Shown here: piece by piece, positions 40,101-51,755 of the stretch
Layout: every line of letters starts with the position of its first letter
Position numbering within the stretch: position 1 is the first letter of the stretch
Origin: Geosiphon pyriformis uo1
Taxonomy: Eukaryota > Fungi > Glomeromycota
NCBI GenBank assembly: GCA_016748015.1
Contig: JAAOMT010000009.1
Coordinates: forward strand, 1,675,924 to 1,739,923
Reading direction: 5' to 3'
DNA length: 64,000 nt
Made by a program: the position numbers and the translations under genes
The notes under the pieces: model-generated
The model's input: only the letters and a program-made list of their open reading frames with translations
What the model was told of the DNA's origin: nothing
Databases searched by the model: none

Positions 40101-41185
40101 TGTGCACAAAGACCATGCCACCAATAACTGTATTTGGCTTTCTTGCCAGGTTTTCTGTTAAAGGTTCTTTTGCCATTTATTATAATTCCTTCTTTGTCAG
40201 CTTTAATATTGTCCAGTAGCTTGCCATTGCTAATGAAAATGATATAAGTGAGTTTAGCAGTTTTTTCTTGTTCTTCTTGATTTTTTTCATCACTCTTATC
40301 ATTATTTGATTTATCTGATTGTTCTTCTTTTTAGTTCTGTTTGGTTACTGGAGGAGTTGTCCAATGACGGCATTTAATTACAATGAGTTTCTCTTTACAT
40401 CTGATAGTTAGCTTGCAAAGTTTATAATCAAGTAGTGTTTTGGCTTTCTTAAGCCACTCATTACCAACAATAATAGTATACTTTTTTGCTTCAAATACTT
40501 CCATGTCTGTTTTGATGCTGATACCATTGATGTGAACAGGTACAGCTTTGGCTATACCCAAATCTTTTTTTTTGTTACCATGTATATTGGTCATAGGCCA
40601 GGTGGAAGATTCATCAATTTTTCTTCCAATGGCTTCCAGAAAGTGTTTGGCAATTACACTGACAAATAATCCACTGTCTAGAATCAAATCAATAAAGTAG
40701 TCAGCCACTTGGGCTTTGCAAATCACAGGAGTAACATTGCTGTTGTCAACAAGTCCAGCTTGATGAAGATGCTTATTGGTTTTTGGTGTTTTCTTTTTTG
40801 GTATCAATGATTTGCAAAAATCTTTTCTAAACTGTGGATAGGTTATTAGTTAGCCAAATGTAATGTGTGCTAAGGTTTCCATGAGATTTTTAACAACAGA
40901 ATAGGGTCCAGATTTTTGTACAATTTTTGGGGGTTCCAATTTTAGAAAATTTTTAAAAACTTTAGTCTTTGGTGGCTCATTGTTGTCAGCAGCAGAAGTT
41001 AAGGCTTTGTTGGGATTTAGAACGAAATCAATCTTGGCTTTTTTCTTCTTTCTTGTTAAGTTAGAGGTGTTAATTGCCAGTTCATCTATATTATGATTAT
41101 CATCAGTTAGATTAAAAGCATAAAAGGGGTTTTTTTCTGGTTGGCTTGCACTCTCACTCTTTGGAGGTGCACTTACCAGTTTAAA
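37190..41185 (-). pseudogene. pol: pol of A2: protease, Cys-rich spacer, RT, RNase H, integrase
   Basis: LILDSG, MPFGLTN, VYLDD, LYTDTSGYGLGAVLS, H..GHFG..CDICQ, IGIDIVG, LLSD. Several stops and small deletions. Confidence 0.93.
41135..41185 (-). promoter_or_regulatory. Putative -1 ribosomal frameshift signal: T TTA AAC plus downstream stem-loop
   Basis: The heptamer is in gag frame just before TGG TAA. The -1 frame continues LVSAPPKSESASQPE into pol. TGCAC.CTC/GAG.GTGCA and CTGGT/ACCAG are complementary. Confidence 0.75.
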
Positions 41186-42730
41186 GGCTAATAAACAATG
41201 GCTTCAACTAGGGGATCCTCTCCAAAAAAATTGATGTTGGCATGATTGGGACTTTGATTGAAAACATTATTACTGTTGAGTCTGTTATTCTGAGTGTCAT
41301 TATTTCTAGAAGCTGAAGAAAGCAATGGAGGATTGTTGCAGTCTCTTAAGAAGTGTCCAGTTAGTCCACAGTAATAGCACACAGGTGGGCCATGATTTTG
41401 CTGTCTTTGATATAGTGGTTGTTGAGGCTGATTAAAGCAGGATTCAAATCTGGGTCTTTGGAGTTGCTGGTTGTCTCTGACTGCTTGGATTAATGGTTCT
41501 AATAGCTGAGCAAGGTTAGCAGTAAGTCTGTCTATTAATTGTTCATTGGGGTCTTGAGTGTAAGTGGCAAAAGAGGTAGCAGCCATTTGTGAAGCTGGAA
41601 CCATGGCAGGAGCAAGAGCAAAAACTGGAAGAGTAGATTCTAGGTGCATTCTTTGGTTGTTTTCTATTCTTTGGGCAAGTTCAATGGCCATATTTATTGT
41701 GAGATTATCTTTCAGGACCAGAAGAGGCCAAAGAATATATGAGAGATTAGTTCTCAATCCTTTTGTAAAGGAATGAATCTTTTGCTCTTCTGTTCAATTT
41801 CTATTAGAGTTTACATGCTTAATTAGTTTTCTAATGGCTTTAGCATATTCAGTTACTATTTTTTCTGGGTCTTGGGTTCTTCTTTCTAATTTCATGCACT
41901 ATTTAGATATCAAGATAGGAGTTCTAAATTTTGTTTCAAACTGGGTAGTAAAAAAAGTGTTATCTTCTCCAGCATTTGCTGGTGTCCATCTAATGATTCT
42001 TTGCTGAGCATTAATATTGGTTTTTTGTAAGAACCAAGTAGCAGAAGAGCCTTGGAGGTAGCCATCAACAATTTGGAACTTGTATTTATTATTATATTGG
42101 TTTGTTGTAGCAGCTTTTTCAAAATTGTCCAGCCATTCAATTGGATCTTGGGCATCACTTCTGAATAATAGTAATGGAGTGTTGTTTTTTCGCTCTAAAG
42201 CAGTCTGTATATTTTGGAGGGTGATCAAAATGTTTTGTTGTAGAGGGTTTTGAGCCATTGGTTCAGGTGTAACTGTTTGTGTGGAGTGTTCTGATTCACT
42301 TGAAAAGAGATCAAAAATGGGAGTGGTTTGATAGCTTTCTTTTTTTGTTTCAAGAGAAGTTTCAGTTGATTAATGGGCAGCAATCCAAATGTGGATTTGA
42401 TGATTTAGATATTTGAAATCAGGAGGCTGTTGTTCAAAGATTGTGGAGTATAAAAGCTGATTGATACTGTTGTTTCTTTCTTCAAAGTTGTCTTTAAAAT
42501 AAGCTTGGTTAAAGTAATAAGTTGTGTAAGCTGTATAGGTTTCAGCTGAATGCTCGTTCAGGAACCAGTTCTAAAAGTCTTGGAATTGTATGCTAGATTG
42601 TTCTTCAATTGGGAAGCAAATCAAGCAGAAAGACAAAAGATTGAGTTCAATAAAGTCTAAATTGTTTTTGTTGTGTGTTTCAAAGTGTTCTTCTGATTGT
42701 TGTGGCAAGTATAAATAATCTCTTATACAA
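41173..42730 (-). pseudogene. gag: gag of A2 with CCHC knuckle
   Basis: DPIEWLDNFEKAA capsid-like region and CYYCGLTGHFLRDC. Confidence 0.9.
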
Positions 42731-42754
42731 TAGAAAACAAAGTAGAATTTAACA

Positions 42755-42772
42755 ACTTCACAGGGAGCACCA
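42755..42772 (-). promoter_or_regulatory. Putative primer-binding site of A2
   Basis: TGGTGCTCCCTGTGAAGT, complementary to a tRNA-like 3' end ..GGGAGCACCA. The tRNA was not identified. Confidence 0.75.
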
Positions 42773-42778
42773 TTTTTA

Positions 42779-43518
42779 TGTTATGGGTTGGAGTAACAAG
42801 CTAACAGATAGCAAGAAAGAACAGGATTGTAGGGTGATGGAAATAATCAAAAAAAATTCAACTTCAAAGAACAAATTAAATAAATATGGATTTAATGTGT
42901 GAGATTAGTCTCATAAAATATCTCAGTTGCTGTACTTTTATAAAGATAACCAGAGAATCTGAAGGTAGAGAGATAGTCCATACTGTCAACAAATGATCAC
43001 ACCTAGTATAATTTTATGTCTTACATTAGTATTCTTAGAATTCAATATCAGGTATTAGATGTACTCTTCAGTTATGTTTTATTCAATAATCTTCAAATGC
43101 TGCAATTACACATTTTAGGAAAAGGGTAAGGAATAACTAACAAGTAATCTTTTATCCTAAGATGTTCAGATACTTAAAGGTAGAGAAAGAAAAATTAGTA
43201 ATAAGAGAATGATTGAGATGAAAGTTGTTATTTTATTTATTTTATTTCCTTGATTTTCTTCATGTTTTTCTACAGCTAAGAGATTCATCACTTATATAGT
43301 TATCAAAAGTGGTCAATGATCAGGTCAACGACTAGATCAATAATCAGATCAATAATTAGGTCATTGATCAGGTCAATAATCAGATTAATGATTAGGTCAA
43401 CAGTTAGATCATTGATCAAATCAATGATCACTTTCTAAAAATAGAATGGCTAATTTATATGATATCAGTGGCTAATACATGTAATAATTAATAAAAAGTA
43501 TAGGTTTTAATCATAACA
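42779..43518 (-). repeat. 5' LTR of A2
   Basis: TGTTAT..ATAACA termini. Confidence 0.93.
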
Positions 43519-45084
43519 CTACAAAAAACAAGAGCAGTTTTCTAATTAGATTGGCCAAAAATCATAAAAAAAATAACAATCTTATTTATTAAAATATTTT
43601 TTCAATTGACTTGTAATCTTTTTGAACATTTTGCTTTTTTTTATGATATTCTTTTGTTGTAATATATACTGTTTGGTAAGAAGTTTTTAAATAATACTAT
43701 AAGAATTTGGTAGTATTTGTAGTTCTGCAAAAAAATAGTTTATACACATATTTTGAGACTATATATTTAGTTGTTTTTTTTTCTTTTATTTACTCAAACT
43801 TATCAAAATAGTCTTATACTTCACTTTGAAAACTATATTTATTAAATATATTAATATTTAAACTATTTGGTTTATTAAATTTCATTATTTTGAATTTTAA
43901 ATCTTCAGTAATATTGGATAATACTGATAATGAATTCATTTTAATAAGTTGAAAAGTGAAGTTGTTATATATACATAGTTTTATATACTTTTTTAATTGA
44001 TTATAGTAATTAAACAAAGTAATAATTAATAAACAAATAGTACAAGTTATATTTTTTTTAATTTTATCAAATTTGAACAAGTTTATAAACTTTAAACCAG
44101 ACTTAAACTGAATTTAAACTTGTCAAAAAAATTTAATGTCAAACTCAAACTAAACCTACTTTAAAAAATTGGTTTAGTTCAAGTTCAGTTTATAATTTAA
44201 ACCAAATTTGAATAATATTTAAAATTTGATTTGGTTTAGTTTAATCAAAATCTTACCAGTTATTTTTAAACAAATAAAATTAACCAAAAAAGTTTTACAA
44301 CTTACCACAGATAAAATTATTATTAAAAAAATAAAATGATTATAAGATTATATAATAAAATAACTTTTAAATACATTATTATAAAACTAAAGCAATATGT
44401 TTCAAATAATAAATTCTTATTGCTAAAACTTTTAATTTAAAAAAAAAAAGGCAAACTATTACAAAAACTTATGCAAAAATAATAAAAAATTAATTGTTAC
44501 AATTTTTATATTTTTTTACAAGTAAAAAAATAAATTAATTAATAAATAAAAATTAAACATTAAAAAAAAAGTTTTTTTGATAATATTATTCTTGTGTTGT
44601 TTTCCAAATTTACTTTGCAAAAATAATAAAACAAAACCACAAAGAAAAAAGACCATTTAATAAAACTGGTAAATTTGTTAAAACTATAGAAAATAAGCAT
44701 TTTGTTAAAAAAAATAAGAGATTTTAAAGCATATTACTTAAAATAAAAAAGTGATAAAAATTATTTTAAAAATAAAAAGCAAACATTAAAAAAAAAAAAT
44801 TAGAAAATAGAATAAATAACTTCTCAAAAAATAAGAAATTAAAAATATCAGTAGAACTTTTCTGCATAATAAGAAATTACAAAATAAAAAAGCAGAATTA
44901 GCTAGATTAGAAGTTGCTAATCGAATTCCATAAATAAGATTAAGAATAGTTTTAGCTATTGTTATAATACTAAGCACTTACCATTTAATTAAAGAATGCT
45001 TATTAGTTATTTTAATAATTAAAGTAACTATGATTGAATTAAAAGAATCAAAAGTTTATTTAAACATTTTTTATTTATTATAAA

Positions 45085-46640
45085 AATTACTCAATTATAT
45101 TTTGTATTAACTTGGGACAAGTAATATCTTTAAACTCATCTCTGACAAATGCACAAATGTTTTGGTAAAGATATTCTTGTCTTTTGTAATCCAAAGGAGT
45201 CAGTGCTAGGATAGAAAAGGATTTAATTTCTTTGATAATTTTAAAAACGCTTGGTCTTCTAGTTTTTAATAAATTAAATTCTATATAAGCACCATTAGCA
45301 ACCAGCTGAGCTTTGACAATACCAGGTTTGGCTGCTTCGAATACAAAATGTTGACATTTTTGTAAACCATTTAATTTTTAAAAAAAATCCCCAATACAGA
45401 ATTAAGATCTAAGTATTGAAAGCCTTTTCTGTTCTCATAACGCTGAGCCTTGTTTAATCTAGTTGTACTCGATTTTTTTACAACTTCAACAATATCGCCC
45501 ACACAATTTACTGTTGTTTTGCGAGTTTTTTAATCAATCCAAAACTACCATCACAGTTCATAATAACCGCAAATTATTAAATACAGGTAAAATCAAATGG
45601 TAGCATTATTTTTATTCTGACCACCGGCGTTATCACAAGTAATTTTTAAATAATTTTCACCTTTATTCAATTTCTTAATTCCATCGAATACCATGCTCAG
45701 TGTACAATTAGGACCTTTGCCGATAATTTCGTCTTCATCGAGAACGTAATTAATTTGTTCGCGTACTGCTTTCATCTTGTATACCAAATAAATGCGCTTT
45801 ACGTGGACTAAGATAATAAATTTTTACTTAACTGTTGATCGGAATGGGGAACGTGAACTTTTTGCGCTCAATCATAACTGTAATGTGTAGTAGCATCAAC
45901 GCTACGATAGTCAGCTTTACCTCCTGTTATAAAATGCCCATCTACCAATTTTCTCTGTTGCTCTGCTAATTTCGTATTTTTGTTGTAATAATTTCTTTCT
46001 AATTTGGCCTTAACGAGATGTTCTTTGTATTTTTTCAATAAGTCTTTTGCTTCTTCTTCCTTACAAGCATTATACTGTAAGCCGTTCCGAAAATGCTGGC
46101 ACGTGTCACATAAATCTGTTCTTGGACTCATGATTTGAATATAAGGCGTTAATTGGTGCCATAACTTGCGGAATGCGTTATATTTTAACAATTTCAACGT
46201 GCTATCGTTTTCAAGACCTGCAATAAAATCGCGATAGACCGATTTATAACTCGTTTCGGCTGGCAAAAGTGTAAGCGATTGAGTAATTCGGTTGACGTTT
46301 CTACCAGGACTTGGTAGTCCATGAATTTCAGCATAATTCTCAAGAAAATTCTTCACGGCGGTTGTATCAATGGTTATTTTGGTTTCCCATCGCGGCACTC
46401 TTTTTACATTACCATGAACGTGCGGTATTATACCATTCGTCGCCAAGTGATTTCTGACGTTTTCGAAGTGCGTGTAGCCAATTCCTAACATATTGAGTAT
46501 GTTTTCTGACAAAGAGGCGTATGGCGATCTCAGTAGTAAAATGTTCGCTTATTAGCACGCGTTTTCTTTTTAAGACGTCGACTGGCCACCATTCATTACT
46601 TTCAGCTGGGCCATTAAAAACATATCTTGCTCACCGATAA
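45085..46640 (-). mobile_element. Sola-like DDD transposase pseudogene; CpGs retained, a few stops and frameshifts
   Basis: HGN, HGLPSPGR, FRKLW, PRTDLCDTC, SYD*AQ, GKGPNCTLSM and CDNAGGQNKNN motifs. TIRs not identified. Confidence 0.72.
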
Positions 46641-47397
46641 TTCAATCATTTATGCTTCGTTGTATTCATTCTTTCTGATTGATAGAAAAAATCTCCATTA
46701 ACGGTAGTAGCAGTGAGATCATCTAATTGTGGTCTTGCATGAACAAGAGTTCATGTTATTCTATTGTAATTTGCGCTTACGCAGGTCATTTCGGTTCGAC
46801 CAGCAAATCGGTCAGAGGTTACGCCTTTTTTTAAACTAATGAAAAGGAAGTTGACTTGATTAAAGCAGGAGAGAATGAAAAGTTTATCTCTTAACAAGCT
46901 AAATACATGGAGGTTACGACTTTAGTTTACATGTACAGTATGTTGCCATGTCAATTTACATTATCAAATTGTGCCACATAACAATTCTGGGATTGATGCT
47001 TTATCAGAAATGTATTTGGGATAGAATCTATGTGATTGAGATGGAAGAAAGTAAAGTCTCCTCAATTCCCTGACTGAAAGTCAAAATTCTTTCTCAAAAC
47101 GATTAATATCTGAATTTATTCTGGTTCAAGTCTTGTATCCAGTGCATTGAAATTCATATTTGTGGACAAATACATACTTGTTCTTCACTCAACCCAAATG
47201 ACACAAAATTATAATAATAAAAGTTGTACATGCATAGATTTCGCATCGGTGTAACGTCGAACTATTCCCTGTCTTTCAAAAACCACATAAATCAACCAAC
47301 ATAATTATTATTATTTTTCTCATTAAATCCTTGATCAGCAGTTTTTTGATACAATTCAACGTACTTCCTTCGATACGTTAACTCCCTAACTGTGTGT

Positions 47398-50300
47398 TTA
47401 GTAAAGATCATCAAAGATTGAAAATACGTCTTTTTTCACCCGTTTTATCTCGGGAGTCTCTGAGGTTTCATGTTGTGGTGATGACGGTGGAGGTGGGGTT
47501 GAATAACGAGACTTCGCAATACTAGATATTTTTTTGTTCAATGAGAGCATCGTGTGCTATATGAAACGAGTGTTAATATTGGTAAGAGAGAATCATCTAT
47601 GCTGAAATGTAAATAAATATGTACCCGAAGTCCAAGGAGACCCTCAATGAAATTATCAAGCATTGCATCCATTGTAGACAGTGTTGTAGGAACATTCAGG
47701 GTTGCCATTTCAGCGAAAAAGTAAAATTTGGAATGATAATCATATGAAAGCGAATAGACAGACCAATGGTGTCCTATCCATGTGTTATGCCAGGTAAACA
47801 TTTTAGAGGCATTAGCAGAAAATCAATAAAAAGGCTACATGTTTCATACCTGAAACCTGAACTCCAATCGTAAAAATCCCAGTAAAATCATCTTTCGTGA
47901 AATAAAGCCTATCACGAAAATAGTCTAGCATATCCTTAAGTTCGATTTTAAGGGCTGTGTGATCCGAACGCAGCTTCACATCATCCACATGCATTTCGGT
48001 ATTTCCTACTTCAGTTGACATTAATTCGACCCCATAATCACGCAGTTCTAACATCATGTCTACTTGGGTGGAATCACTGTTAAGCTTCGTATAGTCAGCA
48101 TGGATCTTTCTTCTTTTTCGAGACGAAACTGCCTTGGAGGACTTTTCAATCCTGAAGATATTCGAAGTTCATTATTAACTGCCCAATCAAGTAACTCGAG
48201 ACGACATACCAAAATATACGGAAGCGGCCACTATCAAACTCTTCGAACAGATCACCCAGTAGAGGCGACAGGATCTTTACAATATAATCGCGTTCCCTGA
48301 GAGGGCCTGCCAAGACGTTCACTTCACGCCTGATACATTTATGGCTATAAAGAAGTCAGCATTTGTAAATTATGGAGCAAACACTCTAAAACATAACTTA
48401 CAAGAAGGAGACAATTTGGGAAGCCAACTTCCCATCCTCTGAATTAATACTTTCTAGTTGAACTTCCCATTTCTTGAGATCATCACAAGTTCTCTATACA
48501 TAATCATTAAAAATCCAACTTATTTTTTATACTTCGAAAATAAATAACAAATCCAGAGGTTATAAGTTACCAAATCTGATGTTTTCCTAAAGAAATCTGT
48601 AACTCTCTTATCGATTTTATTCTTTAGCAATTTTTTCTGACATGACCTTACCAATGCTGACTTATCATCAGATTTCAGGATTCTTGTCCATTCAACCATA
48701 GTCCAGTTTGTAAGGTCAATAATCCGAGATTCAATAGCTCTGTAAGTTACATAATATTAATTTGTCCACATCAAGTTTGGGCTGATATCACACAATACAC
48801 ATCCAATGACTTACTGTACTTTGATTTCACTCTTCTTCAGCCGGTCCATTACCAACTCCCAGATCTCTTCTAGGCTTTTATCAGACAAAATTATCTGAAA
48901 AATCAGTGCGAGAGTTACTTACAAATTTAAATAGATGTACACTTAACATAATCAAAGCTTACAATCTCGTTGGCATTCTTCTCAATAGTAGTTAAATCGT
49001 CTATATCAGTTATGTTACCAGGTTTTTTCTCCGTATCGAGCAACTAAATGAAAATAAAGGATTATGTTCAGCACCAAATTCATATTTGATAATAAACTTG
49101 CATTTTTCCTATACCCAATCAACTCGGTCGTTGTCAGTATCAGTTGAAACTGTTTCGGCTAATTTCTGTTCCAATATATGATCAATTTCCTCGTTCACGA
49201 TCTGTGGACCAGTTTCTTTATCCGTAGTGGCACTATCCAAAACATCACTTGCGTATCTTAGCTGTTAACGTATATGTAGCAATGGATTTTAACATATATA
49301 TATAATATCAGCCAAAAAACAATTACAGACCTGTCTCTGCTTTGGTCGCTGGGTTTTCCAGAATCCTGAGACGCCCGTTGAATCTTTCTCAGCCTCAAAG
49401 TGAAAGTACAAAATATTAGTCTGCTAGAGTGTGTAAGTACAGGAGCTTTCATGAAACTCTATAACCAGGGACGTAGCCTATGCGACAAGACGGCGAGCAT
49501 TAACACCCACAGGAGGACGTAGCTCACACTCACCGGACCAAGGCGTAGTCGGTCGGCTATGCGGGTGTCAAAATGAAAGCTCACTGTACTAATATTAGAC
49601 AAACAACAAGTAAATACTTGGAACGTCTTTTGGCAATTTAACGCCTGTTCACAACGATCTCTCGATCATGAAACTCTATAACCAACAAGACGGGACGTAG
49701 CCATCTATCGGGTTATAGAATCAGGGCGAGCCTTAACACCCACAGGAGGACGTAGCTCACACTCACCGGACCAAGGCGTAGTCGGTCGGCTATGCGGGTG
49801 TCAACATGAAAGCTCACTGTACTAATATTAGACAAACAACAAGTAAATACTTGGAACGTCTTTTGGCAATTTAACGCCTGTTCACAACGATCTCTCGATC
49901 ATGAAACTCTATAACCAACAAGACGGGACGTAGCCATCTATCGGGTTATAGAATCAGGGCGAGCCTTAACACCCACAGGAGGACGTAGCTCACACTCACC
50001 GGACCAAGGCGTAGTCGGTCGGCTATGCGGGTGTCAACATGAAAGCTCACTGTACTAATATTAGACAAACAACAAGTAAATACTTGGAACGTCTTTTGGC
50101 AGTTTAACGCCTGTTCACAACGATCTCTCGATCATGAAACTCTATAACCAACAAGACGGGACGTAGCCATCTATCGGGTTATAGAATCAGGGCGAGCCTT
50201 AACACCCACAGGAGGACGTAGCTCACACTCACCGGACCAAGGCGTAGTCGGTCGGCTATGCGGGTGTCAACATGAAAGCTCACTGTACTAATATTAGACA

Positions 50301-51755
50301 AACAACAAGTAAATACTTGGAACGTCTTTTGGCAGTTTAACGCCTGTTCACAACGATCTCTCGATCATGAAACTCTATAACCAACAAGACGGGACGTAGC
50401 CATCTATCGGGTTATAGAATCAGGGCGAGCCNNNNNNNNNNNNNNNNNNNNNNNNNNNNNNNNNNNNNNNNNNNNNNNNNNNNNNNNNNNNNNNNNNNNN
50501 NNNNNNNNNNNNNNNNNNNNNNNNNNNNNNNNNNNNNNNNNNNNNNNNNNNNNNNNNNNNNNNNNNNNNNNNNNNNNNNNNNNNNNNNNNNNNNNNNNNN
50601 NNNNNNNNNNNNNNNNNNNNNNNNNNNNNNNNNNNNNNNNNNNNNNNNNNNNNNNNNNNNNNNNNNNNNNNNNNNNNNNNNNNNNNNNNNNNNNNNNNNN
50701 NNNNNNNNNNNNNNNNNNNNNNNNNNNNNNNNNNNNNNNNNNNNNNNNNNNNNNNNNNNNNNNNNNNNNNNNNNNNNNNNNNNNNNNNNNNNNNNNNNNN
50801 NNNNNNNNNNNNNNNNNNNNNNNNNNNNNNNNNNNNNNNNNNNNNNNNNNNNNNNNNNNNNNNNNNNNNNNNNNNNNNNNNNNNNNNNNNNNNNNNNNNN
50901 NNNNNNNNNNNNNNNNNNNNNNNNNNNNNNNNNNNNNNNNNNNNNNNNNNNNNNNNNNNNNNNNNNNNNNNNNNNNNNNNNNNNNNNNNNNNNNNNNNNN
51001 NNNNNNNNNNNNNNNNNNNNNNNNNNNNNNNNNNNNNNNNNNNNNNNNNNNNNNNNNNNNNNNNNNNNNNNNNNNNNNNNNNNNNNNNNNNNNNNNNNNN
51101 NNNNNNNNNNNNNNNNNNNNNNNNNNNNNNNNNNNNNNNNNNNNNNNNNNNNNNNNNNNNNNNNNNNNNNNNNNNNNNNNNNNNNNNNNNNNNNNNNNNN
51201 NNNNNNNNNNNNNNNNNNNNNNNNNNNNNNNNNNNNNNNNNNNNNNAAGGCGTAGTCGGTCGGCTATGCGGGTGTCAACATGAAAGCTCACTGTACTAAT
51301 ATTAGACAAACAACAAGTAAATACTTGGAACGTCTTTTGGCAATTTAACGCCTGTTCACAACGATCTCTCGATCATGAAACTCTATAACCAACAAGACGG
51401 GACGTAGCCATCTATCGGGTTATAGAATCAGGGCGAGCCTTAACACCCACAGGAGGACGTAGCTCACACTCACCGGACCAAGGCGTAGTCGGTCGGCTAT
51501 GCGGGTGTCAACATGAAAGCTCACTGTACTAATATTAGACAAACAACAAATAAATACTTGGAACGTCTTTTGGCAGTTTAACGCCTGTTCACGATCTCTG
51601 GAATTCTCGCCTGTCACAATATAAGCGAGGTTCTTTATGTACATTCTATGCTCAATTTCTTTGTTGCCTGTAAAGGAATCGGAGCGTTCCCGGAAGTTGA
51701 GGTAACCTAGCAAGCTCCATGTTGTGTTTTTGAAGTAATCCGAGACAACAGACAT
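47398..51755 (-). CDS. 11-exon gene, 524 aa, with C-terminal PD-(D/E)xK/REase-like domain (Crinkler/CR-like family); apparently intact
   Basis: Manual GT-AG splicing gives one uninterrupted 1575-nt frame with consistent phases. Exons: 51558-51755, 49331-49393, 49115-49261, 48963-49043, 48815-48894, 48571-48739, 48402-48493, 48210-48344, 47850-48151, 47625-47773, 47398-47556. Motifs ERDYIVKILSPLL, WIEKSSKAVSSRKR, QVDMML..ELMSTEVG, DHTALKIELKDMLD, GVQVSG and a S/T/P-rich tail. Confidence 0.82.
49450..51600. repeat. Tandem array, 233-bp unit, near-identical copies (4 before the gap, about 1.5 after, more probably inside the gap)
   Basis: taacacccacaggagg starts at 49501, 49734, 49967, 50200 and 51441. 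Confidence 0.97.
50432..51246. other. Assembly gap (N run) inside the tandem array
   Basis: N bases flanked on both sides by array sequence. Confidence 0.99.

Larger units (their letters stand above)
35764..43518 (-). mobile_element. Ty3/Gypsy LTR retrotransposon, family A copy 2 (full length, less decayed, inactive)
   Basis: 740-bp LTRs. Perfect TSD CTAC (35760-35763, 43519-43522). PBS TGGTGCTCCCTGTGAAGT. PPT AGAGAGGATAA. gag-PR-RT-RH-INT order. Confidence 0.96.
33176..44255 (-). mobile_element. Decayed hAT DNA transposon hosting Gypsy A2
   Basis: Inverted ends TAAGATT / AATCTTA. Clusters of GGTTCAAGTTC/GAACC-type subterminal repeats at 33185-33380 and 44070-44250. Transposase motifs inside. 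Confidence 0.65.

Noticed and set aside
41157-41196. Short GT-AG intron joining gag and pol
   Set aside because: Only 38 nt with no branch point; better explained by the -1 frameshift signal.
44260-45080. Possible gene (AELARLEVANRIP-like stretch; ORF 44786-44977)
   Set aside because: Too decayed and AT-rich to assign.
48064-48300. Plus-strand 78-aa ORF
   Set aside because: Antisense to exons 8-9 of the spliced gene, with no independent support.
50404-51309. 301-aa ORF
   Set aside because: Artefact of translating through the N gap.
49450-51600. CRISPR-like array next to a nuclease-like gene
   Set aside because: Units are contiguous, near-identical 233-mers with no unique spacers, and the context is a spliced eukaryotic gene.
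49450-51600. Hammerhead ribozyme, 5S rRNA or tRNA array
   Set aside because: No CUGANGA core, cloverleaf or 5S similarity seen by eye; the unit is explained by exon/intron sequence.
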